Origin: Owenia fusiformis | Lineage: Eukaryota | Assembly: GCA_903813345.2 (NCBI GenBank) | Contig: CAIIXF020000001.1 | Location: 6,324,001-6,388,000, forward strand | Direction: 5' to 3' | DNA: 64,000 nucleotides | Notes under the pieces: model-generated | The model's input: the letters and a program-made list of their open reading frames with translations, nothing else | Told to the model about the DNA's origin: nothing | The model's database searches: none | Part shown: positions 12,681 through 27,800 of the stretch, piece by piece | Numbering within the stretch: position 1 is the first letter of the stretch | How the letters are laid out: every line of letters begins with the position of its first letter | Program-made: the position numbers and the translations under genes

Positions 12681-13142
12681 TGGACAGCTGAATAATAGTG
12701 ACCTTTGAAACACGAATTAAGTTGATCACCGGCTTACTTTTGTTCTCTAACCAATACTATGTCATACATCATTATCATCCTTCCGTATCAAGACTTGTAA
12801 TTGTTAGTCGAGTGAATGTCTTTCCTGCCAAATTCCAATATGGCGTTTTCTGCTCCGACATTTTTCGTAAATCTCCGGAGGTTGTCCGAGTCTAACTCGT
12901 TCTTAAAATTCATTTCGTTCGTTGCGTATCTTGCTCCTAGCAAACCGCCATATCGGAAATGGGTTGAAAAAAACATTCACTCAATGAACAATTAACAAGT
13001 CTTGATCGAAAAAGAAGAATTTCAGTGCTCCAATACTTGCACGGATTGATGATGGTACTGATGTAAGACACAGTTAGAGACCAAAAGTAAGCTGCCAATC
13101 TCATCATTCATGTTTTAAAAGTCACTATTATTCAGCTGTCCA
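12681..13142. mobile_element. MITE with terminal inverted repeats
   Basis: TGGACAGCTGAATAATAGTGAC...GTCACTATTATTCAGCTGTCCA, with more degenerate subterminal symmetry. Confidence 0.75.
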
Positions 13143-13432
13143 AGTGCACTGTGGGAAAGCTATTGTATCAAAATCCACATACATCTGTAGCTCTGGCTGG
13201 AAGTAATGTTTGGCTGGAAGTAATGTTTGTATAATGTTTTAGGGGAGGGGTCAAAATATGAGTGTTCATATGGAAAGGGATGTTTTAGTGGATTTTGAGT
13301 GGGAAAGAAACGTGAAAACAAATTCAGAAGCCACGTGCAGACATTCATGAAGCCTCCCCATGCATCGTGACCTTTATAAACATTACTTTGTGCATTGTAG
13401 TTTTAATTATGGTTCTGCGTGATGCCTTTAAG

Positions 13433-13535
13433 CATGGGCATTCAACTACTCTAGTTGAATGGCCAAATTTTTTTCCGCGCAAGCTCAGAATGTTTTTTTC
13501 TCAGAATGCCCAACTACTCTAGTTGAATGCCCATG
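13433..13535. mobile_element. Tiny MITE
   Basis: CATGGGCATTCAACTA...TAGTTGAATGCCCATG; flanks CTTTAAG and CTTTGAG. Confidence 0.65.
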
Positions 13536-15303
13536 CTTTGAGTTATGTTATTTTGTGAAACGTTATTAGAATAAATCTATAAAACTTAAAACCCCTTTTA
13601 AAACAAACATTTCATGGCGTTCTGAGCATCCCCATATTTCTTCAATTTGACTCAAAGTGACATTTTAGCAATGTAGTAAACTTGAAAAAATGACGCTATT
13701 TGGATATATCTTCTACTACATAACATTTCAACACTGTTTTCTTTTTCAGAAGTTACTCATTTATTATTGCAGAGAAAAGATTCATATAAAGTTTAACCAC
13801 TTTGGTTTATACTGTTTTATTGTAGTCTTACCCAATGTTATCAAAGTGTCATATGTGAAACATTTTTATTTAATTTCCAAAAGTGGTTTTTGAAGGACTT
13901 GTGAAAAATCGTGAATTTATTTAAAACTAACTCCTAGAGGTCACACGTATCTTTTAATAAGCAATAATTCATACCAATGCCTAGCATTCATCCTTCACCT
14001 TTTTTTGCCGAAAAATTAAGAAAATTGGTTCATAACTAAGCGAGAAATAAACTTATCAATGCATGAAAATGGTTATATAGGGAAAATGCATTTCAAAATT
14101 TTAGTTCTCATAGAAACCAATGGTACAATGATATATTAAACGTAATATATTCTTCCTTTTAACCTGGTTAGACAATCAACATTGCTTTATTTTTGAAGTT
14201 TAGCACATTTAGAAAAGATTGACAGAGAAAAATAAAATCTTGAATTTTTTAAAAAACTTTTGCCACCTGAGTGAGTCATGATGACATCACTTAGGTTGCA
14301 AAATATTTTTGATATGCTAAAACATTGAAGTGGCACATTAGTTATGGCATTTTATTATTCAAATAGTAAGTACTTTGTCCAATCTTTGCATTGGTGTTAA
14401 AAAGATAATCTTTTTTGAAATGTATGGCAGAATGTGTGATGATTAAAAACTTTCAAAGTTTTTTTGAAAAATGGCGGGAAATTTGAATATTTGAGAAATG
14501 AAAAGCTGACAACTCTTTTTTCTATTTTTTTTCAAAAATCTCTAAAATAACTTTTATTAAAGTCATGACAACTTGAAAATGAATGATAAAAACATATTTT
14601 TCAAACTTTACACAGGGACTTTAAATATGAAGAAAACATATATTATTTTAAATGAGAAATGTTACATTTGTTATCAGAGTATAGCCATGGTAAAATATAC
14701 TACTGTCTTGAATCATTTGCTTTACTATACCTGTATTTTCTGACATTCCTTTTTACCCTGGGGTAGAGTTTAGTTCTGAACCAACCTCTGAATTATTCAA
14801 ACAATTTTACATTCTGCAGCACCACTCCGACCAGGGATGGCCATCACAGATAGGTCATGAATCAGTTCAAATCCACCATGCCAACATCTCACCCAACAAG
14901 CAAAAACGCATTTCAATAATGTTTTAATGTTAATTTATCCTGAATCAACAATATCAACCTCAAGTCATCTCAACTATAAGTCAACTCAAGCCACTATCAC
15001 GATATCACTCAATCCTGGAAAAATCAACTCAGTAAAAATTTACTCCAGTAAAACTCAATCTAGTAAAATTCAACCCCCATATTTTATTTATACATCAGGT
15101 TTGGAAATATACTTTTAGTAGGAAATGAAAAAAAAATATAATTTTGCCCTTTAATGACAAATTTTGAAAACTATTAATAACAAGATGTATTGAATCTTCA
15201 GAACTCTGCTCCATATTTTTAGTTGTCATTTATCAAAACCAGTTTGATAAAATGCCTCTCAAAAAATAATTTAAGATAATTCTATGCAGCTGTGGATAAT
15301 GTA

Positions 15304-16404
15304 CAGGGTGGTCCAAAAAAATTGGAACATTTGATAATTGAACTCAAAATCGTTATTTTTTCTCTGAAATGCACCAACATTTCACTGAGGATAGTTCAGT
15401 CACTTATCTCTCTGATGTAAAGTTTATAGGTGCAAACCACAAAGTTAATGCATTAAACCAGTCAATGTTTGATATGACCCCCTTTTCTTAAATATACACT
15501 TGTCAATTTCGCAGCTACTTTTTCAAGTATCCTTTATTTCAAAGCTTTAATGAACATCTTGATTGCTATACACATTTTATAAAATCATGAGGTATTAAAA
15601 TCTATGGTTTACTGGAAAACTACTGTGTTACTAGTATTGTCAACTTAAGAATACCCCAAATCATTATTTTTATTTAAGAGAAGGAAAGAAAGAACATGTC
15701 AGAGGTGAGTGATTGCATAACCCGCACACAGCTACTAAACTGACAAAATTATTGTTTCCACTTTTCAGTAGAGGGGAAACTGACTAGTTATTTACAAGGC
15801 TTTACTAAAGACCATCTCTAAGCACACATAATATAATATAATATATATCATTTGGGTTCTGGGAAACTCCTTTATGATATTGATATACATATATTGATAT
15901 ATTCAATGAATATTATTCATATTAGAACAAGAAGGGGGGGGGGTTCATTTACCATTCAAAACAGACTGCCCTGGCCTCTTTCTGGAGAATATTCAATCAG
16001 TAAGATATCCAACAATAGCCATCAAAATATGCTTGATACCCTTCAATTTTTGTAAAAAAAATGTTGAATATGTTCATATATTTGATCTTCCAAGGCAAAC
16101 ATATAAGTAGTTTGTTCAAGCTGAATTTCTTATTAAGATGGCTTGGACAAAATCAAATGAACAGCAAAGTGAATGAATCATTTCAAAACTGAGTCGCAGG
16201 CTTCAACTTGTAATTCAGGAGAAAAAGGGTCATATCAAACATTCTCTAGTTTAATGCATTAACTTTGTTGTTTGCACCTATAAACTTTACATCAGATAAA
16301 TAAGTGATTGAACAATACTCACTAAAATTTTGGTGCATTTTAGAGAAAAAATAATGATTTTGAGTTCAATTATCAAACGTTCCAATTTTTTTTGGACCAC
16401 CCTG
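15304..16404. mobile_element. Non-autonomous Tc1/mariner-type element
   Basis: TA|CAGGGTGGTCCAAAAAAATTGGAAC...GTTCCAATTTTTTTTGGACCACCCTG|TA; diverged TIRs of about 185 bp; no transposase ORF. Confidence 0.9.
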
Positions 16405-18444
16405 TATAATCTAAAAAGTGAAATCATGTACACATAATTTATGATGATATGATTATGGCCTTATAAAATGCCTTGCAATCACTGCTTATGCATCAAAGTC
16501 TATGCGAACTATTTATATGGTATGAACTTCTACCTTTGACAAAATGGCTACACAGGTACATGTAAGTTACCATTGAATTTTATTTTCCCAAATATTATTG
16601 TATAAATACTTATTTATTGTTTGGTTTTGGCCTTGTTGTGTCACAGATATCAGACCATTATAAGTTATTGAATAATTTGAAGTGCAATACAGGATATATT
16701 CTGCTCGAGAAATTCTGTATTGGAACGAGACGAAGGCGCTTCAAATCATTAAATAACATTTTTATTGTGTGACCCTCTGTATTGCTACTGCTATGTCCCC
16801 TCCGTACCAATATTTTCTGTATTGCGACGGAGATGATCAACAGGGACAATCTCAGGAGCAATACAGTTTGGTACAGCACAAGAACTGACCAATCAGGGGG
16901 CTTCATTTTACAGATCATACGATGGACCTGTGTATTAAAAGATTTTTGTGTCCTAATGGAGAAATTTTAAGTTGTTATTCTCCCAAAGGATCACTTTCTC
17001 ATATACAAGATGAAAGAAGGTTGGATTTTAAGATCACTTTCCCCTACATGGAAGATTGGATTTTACAATCCAGCTATCCCTTGCTCTGAAGTCTTGTTAG
17101 ATACATGTATTACATAATATAGATGAAGATAGGGCAAAACCTAATGTAAGGCTTGAAAATCCATAGGACAAACTCTGAATACAATTATATATTGGATAGA
17201 TTTTTAATATTTTGTGGCATTTTTAAATGTTCTTAAAATATCCTTTCATTCATCTCTAACTTTAATCAATACATGAGTATAAAAGGGAATGCAAAGGATA
17301 AGAGTGTTAAAGGTTAGCAAACAATACAAATGGCATGTTCCTAACAATTACCTTAAAACATCTGAGAGAGCAAATCAACATTTTTTTTATCTCAAGAACA
17401 CCAATTTAACTTATTATGACACATACATGTATGGTACACTTTCATGGTCAATGTTTTCCCTTTTCATTTGAGTTTTCATTTATTAACAATGCATCTGTAT
17501 TCTGAATGGCCACAGAATGATAATAGAATACCTTATAATACTATATGTGAAGGTCTATTTGATTTTTGAGTTACTTATCAAGAAAGAAATTGTTTAAAAA
17601 CTGCCACAGGCTCATATATATTTATATATATATCTATAAAAATGTATACATGAACTTAGTTCCGTGTCTATAGATATGATTATGACGGAGAGGCATTGAC
17701 TTCAGAGAACTAAAAGGGTAAATAGGTCAAAAAGAATATTTGTTCAAATTGTGTCCTTGTTGAGATGTTAGTCACCTTTTCTTAACAAATTTGTTCTCAT
17801 CAACATTCTACTAGCATTTCTTTAAAGATTGTGTGAAAAACAAATCATTGAAATCCATTGAAAATATTCATTGCTCACAAACATAAATGTATTGACATTT
17901 GGCAGTTTATTGATAACCTTTATAATCAAATGTATGAAAAGAACAAATATTGTTTGTACATTGGTCAAAAAGTTGTTGGTTGAGAAATTATTGTGTCAAT
18001 CTGGTTTGTAAGATCCAATCAAATACTATATGCTGACTGTTAGGATAAATTTGTTTAATTCCTTCGTTGTCAAACATATCTATGTAATAGTGTGTATTAG
18101 AGCATCTTACTTCAAATAAGAATGGTAAGTGTATATCACCTTAAATAGAACCTGATATGCCTGTTGGAAAGGAAATGGCTTGAAGGAAATTGGCCTTACC
18201 TTGAACAGAAGATTCAATATGCCATGTACAAAGTCAGCTTTGTTTCATTCAATCTCATATTTGATCATTCAATGTCATATTTGAATTATACGTAAAAGGT
18301 TCGTTTTGAGAGTACTGCATATTGCAAGGTAAGATATTAAGAGGGAATAATTCATTTTTTGAAAATAGTTGTTTTATTTATTATACTAAGATATTTATAT
18401 TTCATGTCTGTGGTAAACTCAATCAACGTTTTTCTCTATTTCAG

Positions 18445-18889
18445 ATGCCGAGTCCCAACCACTTAGAGAGGGATGGCTGGCCCCATGATGTTGGTATCAT
18501 TGCCCTGGAGGTCTACTTTCCTTCTCAGTATGTCAGCCAGAGTGCACTCGAGCAATTTGATGGAGTATCAACAGGGAAATATACGATTGGGCTCGGCCAA
18601 ACAAATATGGGCTTTTGCACTGATCGAGAGGATATCAACTCTTTGAGTTTAACAGTTGTTCAAAGGCTTCTTGAAAGGAATAATGTGGACTATAAAGATA
18701 TAGGACGCCTGGAAGTGGGCACTGAGACCATCATTGACAAGTCTAAGAGTGTCAAGACATGTCTTATGCAGCTATTTGAGGACAGTGGCAATAGTAATAT
18801 TGAAGGAATTGACACAACTAATGCCTGCTATGGGGGCACTGCAGCTCTCTTTAATGCATTCAACTGGGTCGAGTCAAGCTCATGGGATG
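18445..18889 (+). CDS. HMGCS1: HMGCS first coding exon
   Basis: tttcag|ATG directly at the acceptor, implying an upstream non-coding exon; 445 nt; ends SSWD-G|gtaat. Confidence 0.95.
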
Positions 18890-21800
18890 GTAATATTTAA
18901 TATTATTTTCTAATAATTTAATCTAAAGGGCAACCAATGTCAGCCTAAACTTCTTAGAATGCATTTTATTTTATCTTCATTTTATAATCACTTGTTGGAC
19001 CATCTTGTAGTCTTGCATACTTCAGCAATTTATGAGAATTAAAGATTAAAATAATTGACCCTGACATCACCAAGTTTTGAGCTAATTCTATTATGGCATG
19101 TGTATTTCAGGTCGGTATGCCTTGGTTGTGACTGGAGACATTGCTGTGTATGCATCAGGAAGTGCCAGACCTACTGGTGGGGCAGGTGCCATTGCAATGC
19201 TCGTTGGGCCCAATGCCCCAATTGTTCTGGAGAGAGGTAATGTATACACCTCTTCTGGTTATATACTAATGAGAAGGATGAAGAGTGTTAGAGAGTAACT
19301 ATTTTACAGTTTTTGCTCTCATCATTTCATGCCATCTCTCCCTATTTTTTAAAAGGTCCAACATTTCTGACCTTATTTCAGGTTTTTTTAAGGTTTAACC
19401 TTTTCTGACACCAAATCAAAAACAGGATGTTCTTTTTCAATTCATTAATGAATTTGAATTTAAATCTTCAATGATGCTTGATATCTCAATTCTTTTTTCA
19501 GAATATAAGTTCAGAATAAGTAAGATTACATGTACTTCCAATATTTTACATTCCTTATATATCCCATCTTATTCTTTAAGGGATTTTCCCTATAGGTTTA
19601 CAAATTAATAATATTTAATATTTAAGTGTCCTTTTTTTGATAAATGGACATATGAATAAAATCTTGTATATGTGTAGTATGATGCAACATTTTGGCTAAT
19701 CTCCTTTCAAAGATCATAAGTTTAAGTAGGTATGGTATTAATGTTTACAATGTGTTGACAATCCCATTCATGTACATGTACATTTTCATATAACAAAAAT
19801 TCTAGGCTATTAAAAAACAAAAATTTCTATCTATTTGTAGTACAATCACAAACATTTACATTTATTACCTCATTGTGGACATGATAAATTTATCATTTTC
19901 TCAGGACATTATTGTGTTAATAATTCACTGTAGACAAATTGCTGTTATAACCTAGCTCTCGGAAAGATGCAAGTTCAGAAACCAAGCAGTTCTATATTTA
20001 TCTTTGACAGCTTTAAATATTTTTTCATTGCCTTAATGCCAACTTTACAAGTGTAAAGTCTATTAGTTCAATAGCAAAGCAAATGACAAGGTCTAAATTA
20101 ATGATGTCATTGCTCCTCACTGTCACATGAAACTCTTGTAATACTGTAAATTGCTTTAATTTGTTGGCTGTTTTCATTTGGCGTATTGATAAAAAATGTC
20201 AAATTGAATTTCCAATTTTTTGAAAAAAAGTGGGGATTTTCATCTAGTGACTTTTCCATGTGTTACCTTGCACAATAAAACTTTTGTGAAAATCTGAACA
20301 AACAAGGATAAATGTGGATTTTAAACTATTTCTAAGATCTACAGAGTCACTGCTGGTTCAGACAAAACAATCGGATACCAGTGGTGAGCTGTGGAGTTAT
20401 ACAATTGATTATGATCGGTATGGCAAATGAGGTCGAAGTAACTACAAAAGTTATGATCAGGAGCTGAAAGAGAAAATAAGAAATCACTCAGTGGCAGACA
20501 TTTAAAAGTTCAAGATTTGCCCATCTGCCAAATTAAAAGACATTTACAGTAATGCAATACACTTTAATCATCATGAATACATAATACACTTCAAGGCAGA
20601 TCAAGTTATCATTGGTAAGGAACTAATGACAATTAAAATTAGGGAATTGAAATATCGTAAGCTTTTTCCTTCAATTCCCAGTTAAAAATCTCAAAAATGA
20701 GGTAGACTAAAATCAGGAATCTCCATTAGATCAGGTCCAGGCCTGTCAACTAGGGAGCATCTAACATAAGTGACTGACAAATGTTTAACACCTTTGTTCA
20801 AATTTTGGACACCTTGGTCCAAACCTGAACACCTTGGCCACATTTTCATCACCTTGGTTCAAATTTTATTTCATATAACCAAACTGTGGACACCTCAAAA
20901 TTTCTCTCGTTTTCTGTCAACGGGGGGGGGGGGGCGTTCGGTTTTGTGCTGTATCAGTGATCATTTTTTGGAAGTTTTTCCACAGGAATATTTTTTGCTT
21001 TACAATAATCAGGTAAAATATGTATTTGCATGACATATTCTGTCATGCAAAAAAACTTGCGTAACTTGCGTCATGCGTAACTTGCAAAAATGCAAAAATC
21101 AACAAGCCACATAAAACATTGTCTCCCAAAGATAGGTGTAGCAACTCCATTTAATTAACCTTCATTTAATGTACGTGAATCAGGTAGATTAATTATAGGA
21201 TAGTTTTTTGTTATTGAGAGTTGTTTGTTTGTAATTAAAGAAGAAACTTCCATATCATGTTGATGTGATGAAATGTATATGAGCATGTTGACATGTGTCA
21301 TCAGAATACCCTAGATGCACGTTGAATGCTGTTCAAAGTACAATTGAAATACATCCAAAGTCCATCAACCTAGAAAGTTGTAGGAGGAAAGATTGCAAGC
21401 TTGCAGAATTTAAACAGTTTGATAACCTATTACATGTAGTTAGAATTCATTAGTCATGTACTTGTTAAGTGCACAGTTAGTGGTAGTACTGGCAACTGGT
21501 AATCGAGTGCTCTCAAATGAATACTTGTCACAGCTGATAGCATACAAGTTATGCTGACACAACTTTTTTACTGAGTTCAATGATAATTTATCTTCTTAAC
21601 TGTAAACATCTGAACATGATCATGATGAACTTAATTAAGAAGAATCACTGGTGGTTATTGAAAGGTCACAATGTTGAACATTGTAGCTGATGTAATCAAG
21701 AATTGATTCTTTGTTCTTTATTTTTGTTACAAAGTCAACTTTGAAATACTTGACTTTTTAACATGGATAAGAATACAATCAATCAAAAATGAGTTTCCCC

Positions 21801-24800
21801 TTACCCCCCCCCCCCCCCCATCAGAGGGGTATTTATGTATGAGAAATAAAACCTGAGTGGTTCCATACGAGACCCTTGTGTGAGACATGCATCCCCTTCA
21901 TATTTGATGCCTAGCAGCATGAACACATTTATAAACAATGTAAGGAACTACTGACATTGGAGAAGACACAATTGAGTAAAGGTTGAAATTCTTAAGTTAC
22001 ATAGAATAGTCCTAAAAGTGAAAAGATATCTTTACAAGTAAATCCATTCTGTAAAAAAAAATTGCAAGGAAAAAGTAGAGCTGCAAACAGGAATTTATTA
22101 TAAGACCCTTACAAACACTCGAGTTTTCACATAATGAAAAGACAAATTGTTCAAGAAATGGTTTTGAGATCATTTTAGATAAAATTCAGCTAAAATACTG
22201 GACAATATCTAGAAAGATAACAAAACTAGTTGTTATACTAATTTCTCTAAAGTGTAAGCCATTATTAATGACATTAAACATATTTAAAGTATTGAGAAAA
22301 GTAATATGTTTTCTCCGCCATGAAATTGAAGTTGAAACTTGGTTTAGTATTCCCAGATTTGAAGTACATCAAGAGTCGAGTGAAATCGAATGAGCAAAAA
22401 CAAACCTTCAAATATGACGCCATTTAACATTCGACTTTGTTTTGTCATCCAGGCTTTGTAAGATGAGTGTCAAACTTAAAACATAGAAGCAAGAAAAGAA
22501 ATCTAAGATTTCTGTTTTTCTTGCAAAAAGAGATATTATTTGCTCCAAGTCAGTTATTTTTTTAACCCATTGTTTACAACTCATTTGTTTACTTCAGTCG
22601 TTGTTTGCAAGTTGGTTTTTTACTTTAGCCATTGTACGCAATTCACTAATTTACTCTACCCATTGTTTACAAATCTCGTTTTTATTTCCGTCATTGTTTG
22701 TAAGTTGGTTATTTTTTACCCATTGTTTACAACTCATTTGTTTACTTCAGTTGTTGTTTGAAAGTTGGTTGTTTACTTTGACAATTGTACCACTTCACTT
22801 GTTTGATGTACCCATCTTTTTAAGTCAGTTGTTTGCAAGTTGTCATTGTTTGCAAGTCAGTTGCTTACTTTACGTATTGTTTGCTTTATGCAACATTAAC
22901 CACATATTTTACAGCAATTCTTTTTCTATGAATTCTTACATTTGAAAATGAATTTATAAAATATTGAGTTTCCATGTGTGTTGAAATTTTGCTCATTTCC
23001 ATATGATGACATTAAAACCTATCTATGGTTGAACATTCCTAGAACCAAGTAAAGGGTGTTAAGGGGTGCTTAAATGATGTACATTATGACTATCAAGGGC
23101 TTAGAAAACAATAAAAATTAGTTTTTTTACATACTGTATTAAAGTAGTAATAAGGACTGCCGAGTCATATCTAACGATCCTGGGCCTATCGTAAAATGAA
23201 AGCTTTGAATGTGTTATAGCATTTAAATCTTTCAATATTGTTCTGGTTGAGGGGTTTTACTGTGTATCAACTGGTTCTCTTGTGATATCACTGTTCAACG
23301 TTATCCCTCAAATGACATTTTTGATATTCTGGCAAAATATTGACAGATCCCATATCATTTTTATACATGAGCAGATATTGATATCTTTACGAGTGAGCGC
23401 AGCGAATGAATAAAGATATTGATATTCATGAGTGGATATAATTGATATTTTTGAAAAATTATAGGATTCTCCATTTATCCCATGGGAAATCATAACCAAG
23501 CAAAAAAAATTTGGAAATATTTTTTGGGAATATTGAAAGATTTTGAGCAATATTAAAATATTGTTGAAAAATTAAAAACATTTTTTGAGAAAAAAACAAA
23601 ACCAACGAATATCATTTTTGAAACCATTGAATATCACTTTTTAAGAAGTGATAATTGATGGTTTGGGGATTTTTTGCTAAAATATGATATCTTGATCCAC
23701 ATATCTTCACATGATATTCGATCAATATCCTTGCAACCATGGGATAAATAAGTATTTATCCCATGATACTACCACTTCCAGGTGAATAACACCTGAGAAT
23801 ATTTTTGGTATTGAAAGGAAATCCTATTCACCTCCCAATCCCGCTGACGAAAATTGTATTCACCCCCACAATGTTTTTCCAAACAAAGTATGCTATTACG
23901 TTCAGTTGGCGTTCAGTTTTCCAAACAAAATTAAAATTGAAAATAGAGATTTTGAAACGTAAGAGGTACATGTATGAAGATTGTAAGCCTAATAAACAAA
24001 GATGAATTGTAATTTCATCATCATGCTCTGTTACGGACAGTCAGAGTCGTAGAGATCTGAGCAACATGCTAATGCCCTGTGATGGACATGTATACGACGT
24101 ATTGTTAATATTTTTATGTTGATGTGTTATTCTATACAATAACATATTTGAAAATGTCATGAAGTTAAGTCATATTTTGTAGACTAAATATATAGTCTGG
24201 TTTTGTTTCATACAAAAATCAGATAATGATTTAATGATAAAAATCTTGTTTACTGGTGGAGATTGAATATGGGTTTTATTCCAAGGGACAATATGATATT
24301 TCCCGAGGGCCCTGAGGGCCAAAAGGATATATCATATTGACACTCCAATTAAATAACTTCTATATATAGATATATGAGTCAATACCATTACCTATTTTGA
24401 CCAAAAAGCAAACAAAATAGGTGTCTGGGGTCTCATTTTTGAGAACGAGTGGCCTTTTACCTTTGAAAATGGGTTGCTTAAACATTGAGAATATTCAGAG
24501 GGAAAATGAAAAAGCAACTCCCCCTTCTATGAGCTTTAGCTTGCATGATGTATGTTTTTGTTGTTAATTAGGCCATGTATGCCACATAACAGTAGTATCC
24601 TTCATGTACGCTTGAAGAAAATTTACCAGTTTTCACCCAGAAAAAATGTTGACTCTCCTTTTCTTGAAAATTGTGCTTTTGGATCATTCTTGAGCATTAT
24701 TGGCATATTTCAACGTTATAAATGTGGCCATAAAATTTATATATTTTTATGTCTTGTAGATTTAAATGTCTTCTTTTGTATACTTTAGTTTTAATGATGG

Positions 24801-27800
24801 TAATATTTTAAATTTTTTTATAAAAAAAATATTAGCGAATTCCCCTACGTCGTTTTCATGATTTGTACCAACTTTTGAACAACATGTATTGCATAATTCT
24901 GTTATAAGGATGCAAAAAAATTAACACATAATGAACCTTGACATGTCATAAACATATCATGAAAAAATCATTCGAATATGCTTATTAAAAATATTATAAA
25001 CAATAAATTCTTAAATCGTGTCTAGCAGAATTATGCAATACATGTTGTAAGAATCATGAAAAAGACATCGGGGGTTCGCTAATATCTTTTTATGAAGAAA
25101 TTAAAACTATTACCAACATTAAAACTTAAATATACAAAAGAGGACATTTAAATCTAAAATACGTAAAAATATGAATATCTTTGGCGACATTGATAATGTA
25201 GAAATATGCAGATGAATTTGGTTCTCCAAACCGAAAATCATTCTTTGGTGAAATGTGCATAAACATTGAAATACATGTAACATTTAGTATGTATTAGCAA
25301 AAATTGAAATAACATTTGAGCTGCAGCATGGATTACTGAATACTGATCACTTGATGAAACCTGGCTATGGGCCTGAATAGTTATCATGATAAACCATGAC
25401 ATCTCATTTCTTCTCAGCCCTGAGGTGTTTCAGGTGATGTTTCAGAATGCTGAAAGGGGGAGAATTAACCTGTTAACAACTGACTAGGGTCATGTATTTA
25501 TGTCATTGTTTACTTGGATGTTTCTAGGTGAGCAGGAAGTTCAAATCTCAAGGATATTACTATTGGCACAAGAGGCTTTTCAACATGTTGAGAATGTGTT
25601 AAAATGAAATATGTACTATAATCTGTGTTCTATAAATGTTTTACTTTATGGTTACAAGTTATTTTGAGGGCCTAGTTCTTTATTGTTTGTTAGTATCAAA
25701 GGTCGTGGGGGAAGGCCTGGTTATTAGACTTTGAGCTGCAATTAAAGATGCTCAAAGTTCAGATGTTATATTCAGGACAAGCTATTGTTATTACAATCTT
25801 TTGTCCAAAGTTTATTATGAACATAAAAAAGAATCTGGTTGAGAGGGGGAGAATAAGGAATGCATTGTTTTGTACACGTGCAAACAACCAATCAACCAAT
25901 CAACCAAGTTAACTGCTCAGACAAATAGACAAAATACATGGAATTTATTGGCATCAAATTTATATATGTTCCTCTTGTTGTCACTTCCATGGTATTTTTA
26001 TTAATTTTTAAGCTTCTGTGAAATGTATTTCTCCTCAATATGAGAAACCAATTCGATACATTGCTTTTTGAAAATATAAGCTTGTAAAACAGGTTTTAAT
26101 ATTTTTCAAACCCTTGAAAGAGATAGATTTCCATATTTTGATGATATCATCATAATGAAATGGTTTTAACAGAATTGCATGAAGGCTCTGTAAAATTCAT
26201 TTTAAGTTTAACTCAATTTCCTGTTTCCAGGCCTGTAGCCCTCCACCCCCTTCCCCTGGCCAAATGTTTTTCACCATTCTGAGCACTTTTCAAGTAATTT
26301 GGACCCAAAGTTGTCAAATGTAAACCCCCCCTCCCAGAATTCATTGAAAAACTTTTAACAAAAGATTGCTACAGGCCTGTCTGCAGCTTTGTACTTATAC
26401 ATTTTCAAACCCTGGGTATATCATTTCCAAACTTCAGCTCACAGTTGCACTTGATTAGCATTTGAAATCAATTAAAACTTGCACTGACTTATCCATCCAA
26501 ATGAAATGCCATATCCTTAAATATCAAAGTCTCTGAACAAACCACTTGACAGCTTGCTTGACATGTCATGTTTTGGTGGTTTCTTTCTAGTAGAACCAGA
26601 ACCTCCATAATTCAGAGTCACAATGATCATAATTTAAAGCCTATATACCAAAAATAATCAATATTCCAAATTTCTTTTTTGGGGTTCTGCACCTTTATCA
26701 AGCAATCTTTGATGACAAAACATCAGTGAAGCATTCCTTATCGAGAACATAATAATGGGGACACTGTTTTTACGTTGCTGTTTCTGACTCATTACCTGGT
26801 GATAATTAAAGTGGGATGAACTGGCTAGATGCTTTAAATGACTACAAAGAACACATAAGGAATAGTTTAAATTGTTGCAAAATACAAACCATCAGAAACT
26901 TTATTGAACAGTAAAGAAGATGCATTTTATGCTTTTTGTCTTTATTTTATTCATTTTTTCAGCAGATTAAGTATGTTTTCAAGGACACCATGTACTATAG
27001 GCTGAATGGTAAAAAACTGTGCTACTCAGCTTTTCATGATTGAGTTGGCAAGTTATCAGAAGTTCAGTTGTGGGCTAATAAGTTAACCACTTGCCTCTTG
27101 AGTTAAGAATATATGTAGAGTTTCAGAAATAAAAGACTCTCTAACTATTCATATATGCAGTACACTGTATGAGAATAAAGTTTCTGTATTTTTGGCTCAC
27201 ACATTGAGCCTATGGGATCGACTAAGTGTCTGTCCGTTGCTCTATTGTTCCATCTGTACATCAATATAGGCTGCACAAATTAAAACTGCTTTTCACATCC
27301 ATTGTCATTTTATGCATATTCATAATTCCTATTTGACCTGTCATCCCCATTTCCCAAGTTCACACGGTTTCTGAGAATTTGCTGATTTTTACAACAAAAA
27401 GTCAAATTTTCTTTAAATACCAGACACTTTGTAGGACTTTCAAATAAGTGGTAGTAGTTGCTGTATATGCAACTTATGTCCTCTGAAGATTCCAAAGCTC
27501 TTGAAATTACAGTTTTTGGTGTTTACTCTATAACATTTGACAAAAAGTAGGACCTGGTCATTTTCAGGGAACTTTGTCATGGCAGGTTTTGTGATTGACA
27601 AGCTTTTCAAAGTTTGTCACTATACTTCATTATTTCTTGCAATGAATTAAATTGTAACTAGATTTAAGCATTCTTATCTCTACAAATTGCTCAATACATG
27701 TCGGCATTACCGTTTTTGAGATATGTCAGACATCAGAAAACGGTAAAAATTACCAGTTATATTTCAACTTGCTTCAATTTGACCTATTGTTTTTTTCAAA

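Noticed and set aside
18322-18444. N-terminal extension of the HMGCS ORF (possible targeting peptide)
   Set aside because: It begins at a non-ATG codon and is intron-like, ending in a polypyrimidine tract and AG immediately before the true ATG.
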